Shown here: positions 63,596-64,000 of the stretch, in pieces | How positions within the stretch are numbered: the stretch's first letter is position 1 | How the letters are laid out: the number at the start of each line of letters is the position of its first letter | NCBI RefSeq assembly: GCF_963853765.1 | Contig: NC_088855.1 | Span: 19,592,001-19,656,000, forward strand | Direction: 5' to 3' | DNA length: 64,000 nucleotides | From: Magallana gigas | Lineage: Eukaryota | Notes under the pieces: model-generated | Seen by the model: the letters and a program-made list of their open reading frames with translations, nothing else | Database searches by the model: none | Told to the model about the DNA's origin: nothing | Made by a program: the position numbers and the translations under genes

Positions 63596-64000
63596 GCTTT
63601 GTTTCTTTTCCCCTATTATTATTATTTTTTTTTTCTTTGACGTTTTCTCAAAAACGCTTCAGCCGATTTTCATGAAACTTTCAGACCTCACTGAGCACAA
63701 AATTTGTAAGAAATTTATCGATCAAATTTTTGGTCGTCACTTCCGGTCCCGAGATATTAAAGATTTTATGTTTTTGCTTGTTCACGCGTTTTCTCAAAAA
63801 GTATCAAAGATAAAACTTTCAAATTTTCAGTGGTGGTAGAGAGTCGTTAGCCACAGTGTCTCTCATATATCCGGACGTCTGTCGTCACTTCCGGTCGTCA
63901 CCGGAAGGAAATGAAAAACCTTAATTTTTCAATTTTTTGGATTTAAATTTTTTTATTTTTTCATTCGATAGAGACGCTCTCAAAACTACAGAATATGAAA
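51976..64000 (+). mobile_element. Head-to-tail array of at least 8 non-autonomous Helentron/DINE-1-like elements with satellite-like cores
   Basis: Approximate units: 51976-53762, 53763-55314, 55315-57550, 57551-58756, 58757-60194, 60195-61454, 61455-63491, 63492->64000. The 5' end is the hairpin AAGGTCTTCCGTT-TCC-AACGGAAGACCTT (0-3 copies) plus (ATT)n/T tracts. The 3' end is the subTIR AACGGAAGAC(C/A)TT, the stem-loop TTGTTGC(TTTT/TATA)GCAACAA and GTCTAGTT. No Rep/helicase ORF. Confidence 0.9.

Noticed and set aside
52223-63839. Family of recurring ORFs (DDRPIxVDVFKLFCFVRRNFRSSPEALQ)
   Set aside because: The copies have inconsistent starts, stops and frameshifts and no splice structure; they reflect the repeat monomer.

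Overview
AT-rich, intron-containing animal genomic DNA, not prokaryotic. It is most consistent with a bivalve mollusc, probably an oyster (inferred from the Pearl/Helentron-like repeats, the TACATGTA-rich introns and the gene content). Gene models were built by hand from GT-AG splice sites and reading-frame continuity. In order: the 3' end of a probable KY/hillarin-like gene (+); an unrecognised 10-exon coiled-coil gene (+); RNF31/HOIP, the linear-ubiquitin E3 ligase (-, 23 exons, about 1721 aa); a C20orf96 homologue (+, 11 exons, with a decayed L2/CR1-type LINE in intron 5); COX4 (-); SYS1 (+); VPS35 (-, 17 exons); a 160-N gap; and the first four exons of another unrecognised gene (+). The last 12 kb is a head-to-tail stack of at least 8 non-autonomous Helentron/DINE-like elements. 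Their cores form a 4 x ~147-bp higher-order repeat in which most subunits carry an ETS-type ACTTCC(G/T)G motif. Two other Helentron-like elements with 147-bp and 172-bp tandem cores and many MITEs sit in introns. No CRISPR array, rRNA or intact tRNA gene was seen. Most short ORFs in the supplied track are exon fragments or spurious. Family assignments come from motif recognition, not database searches.
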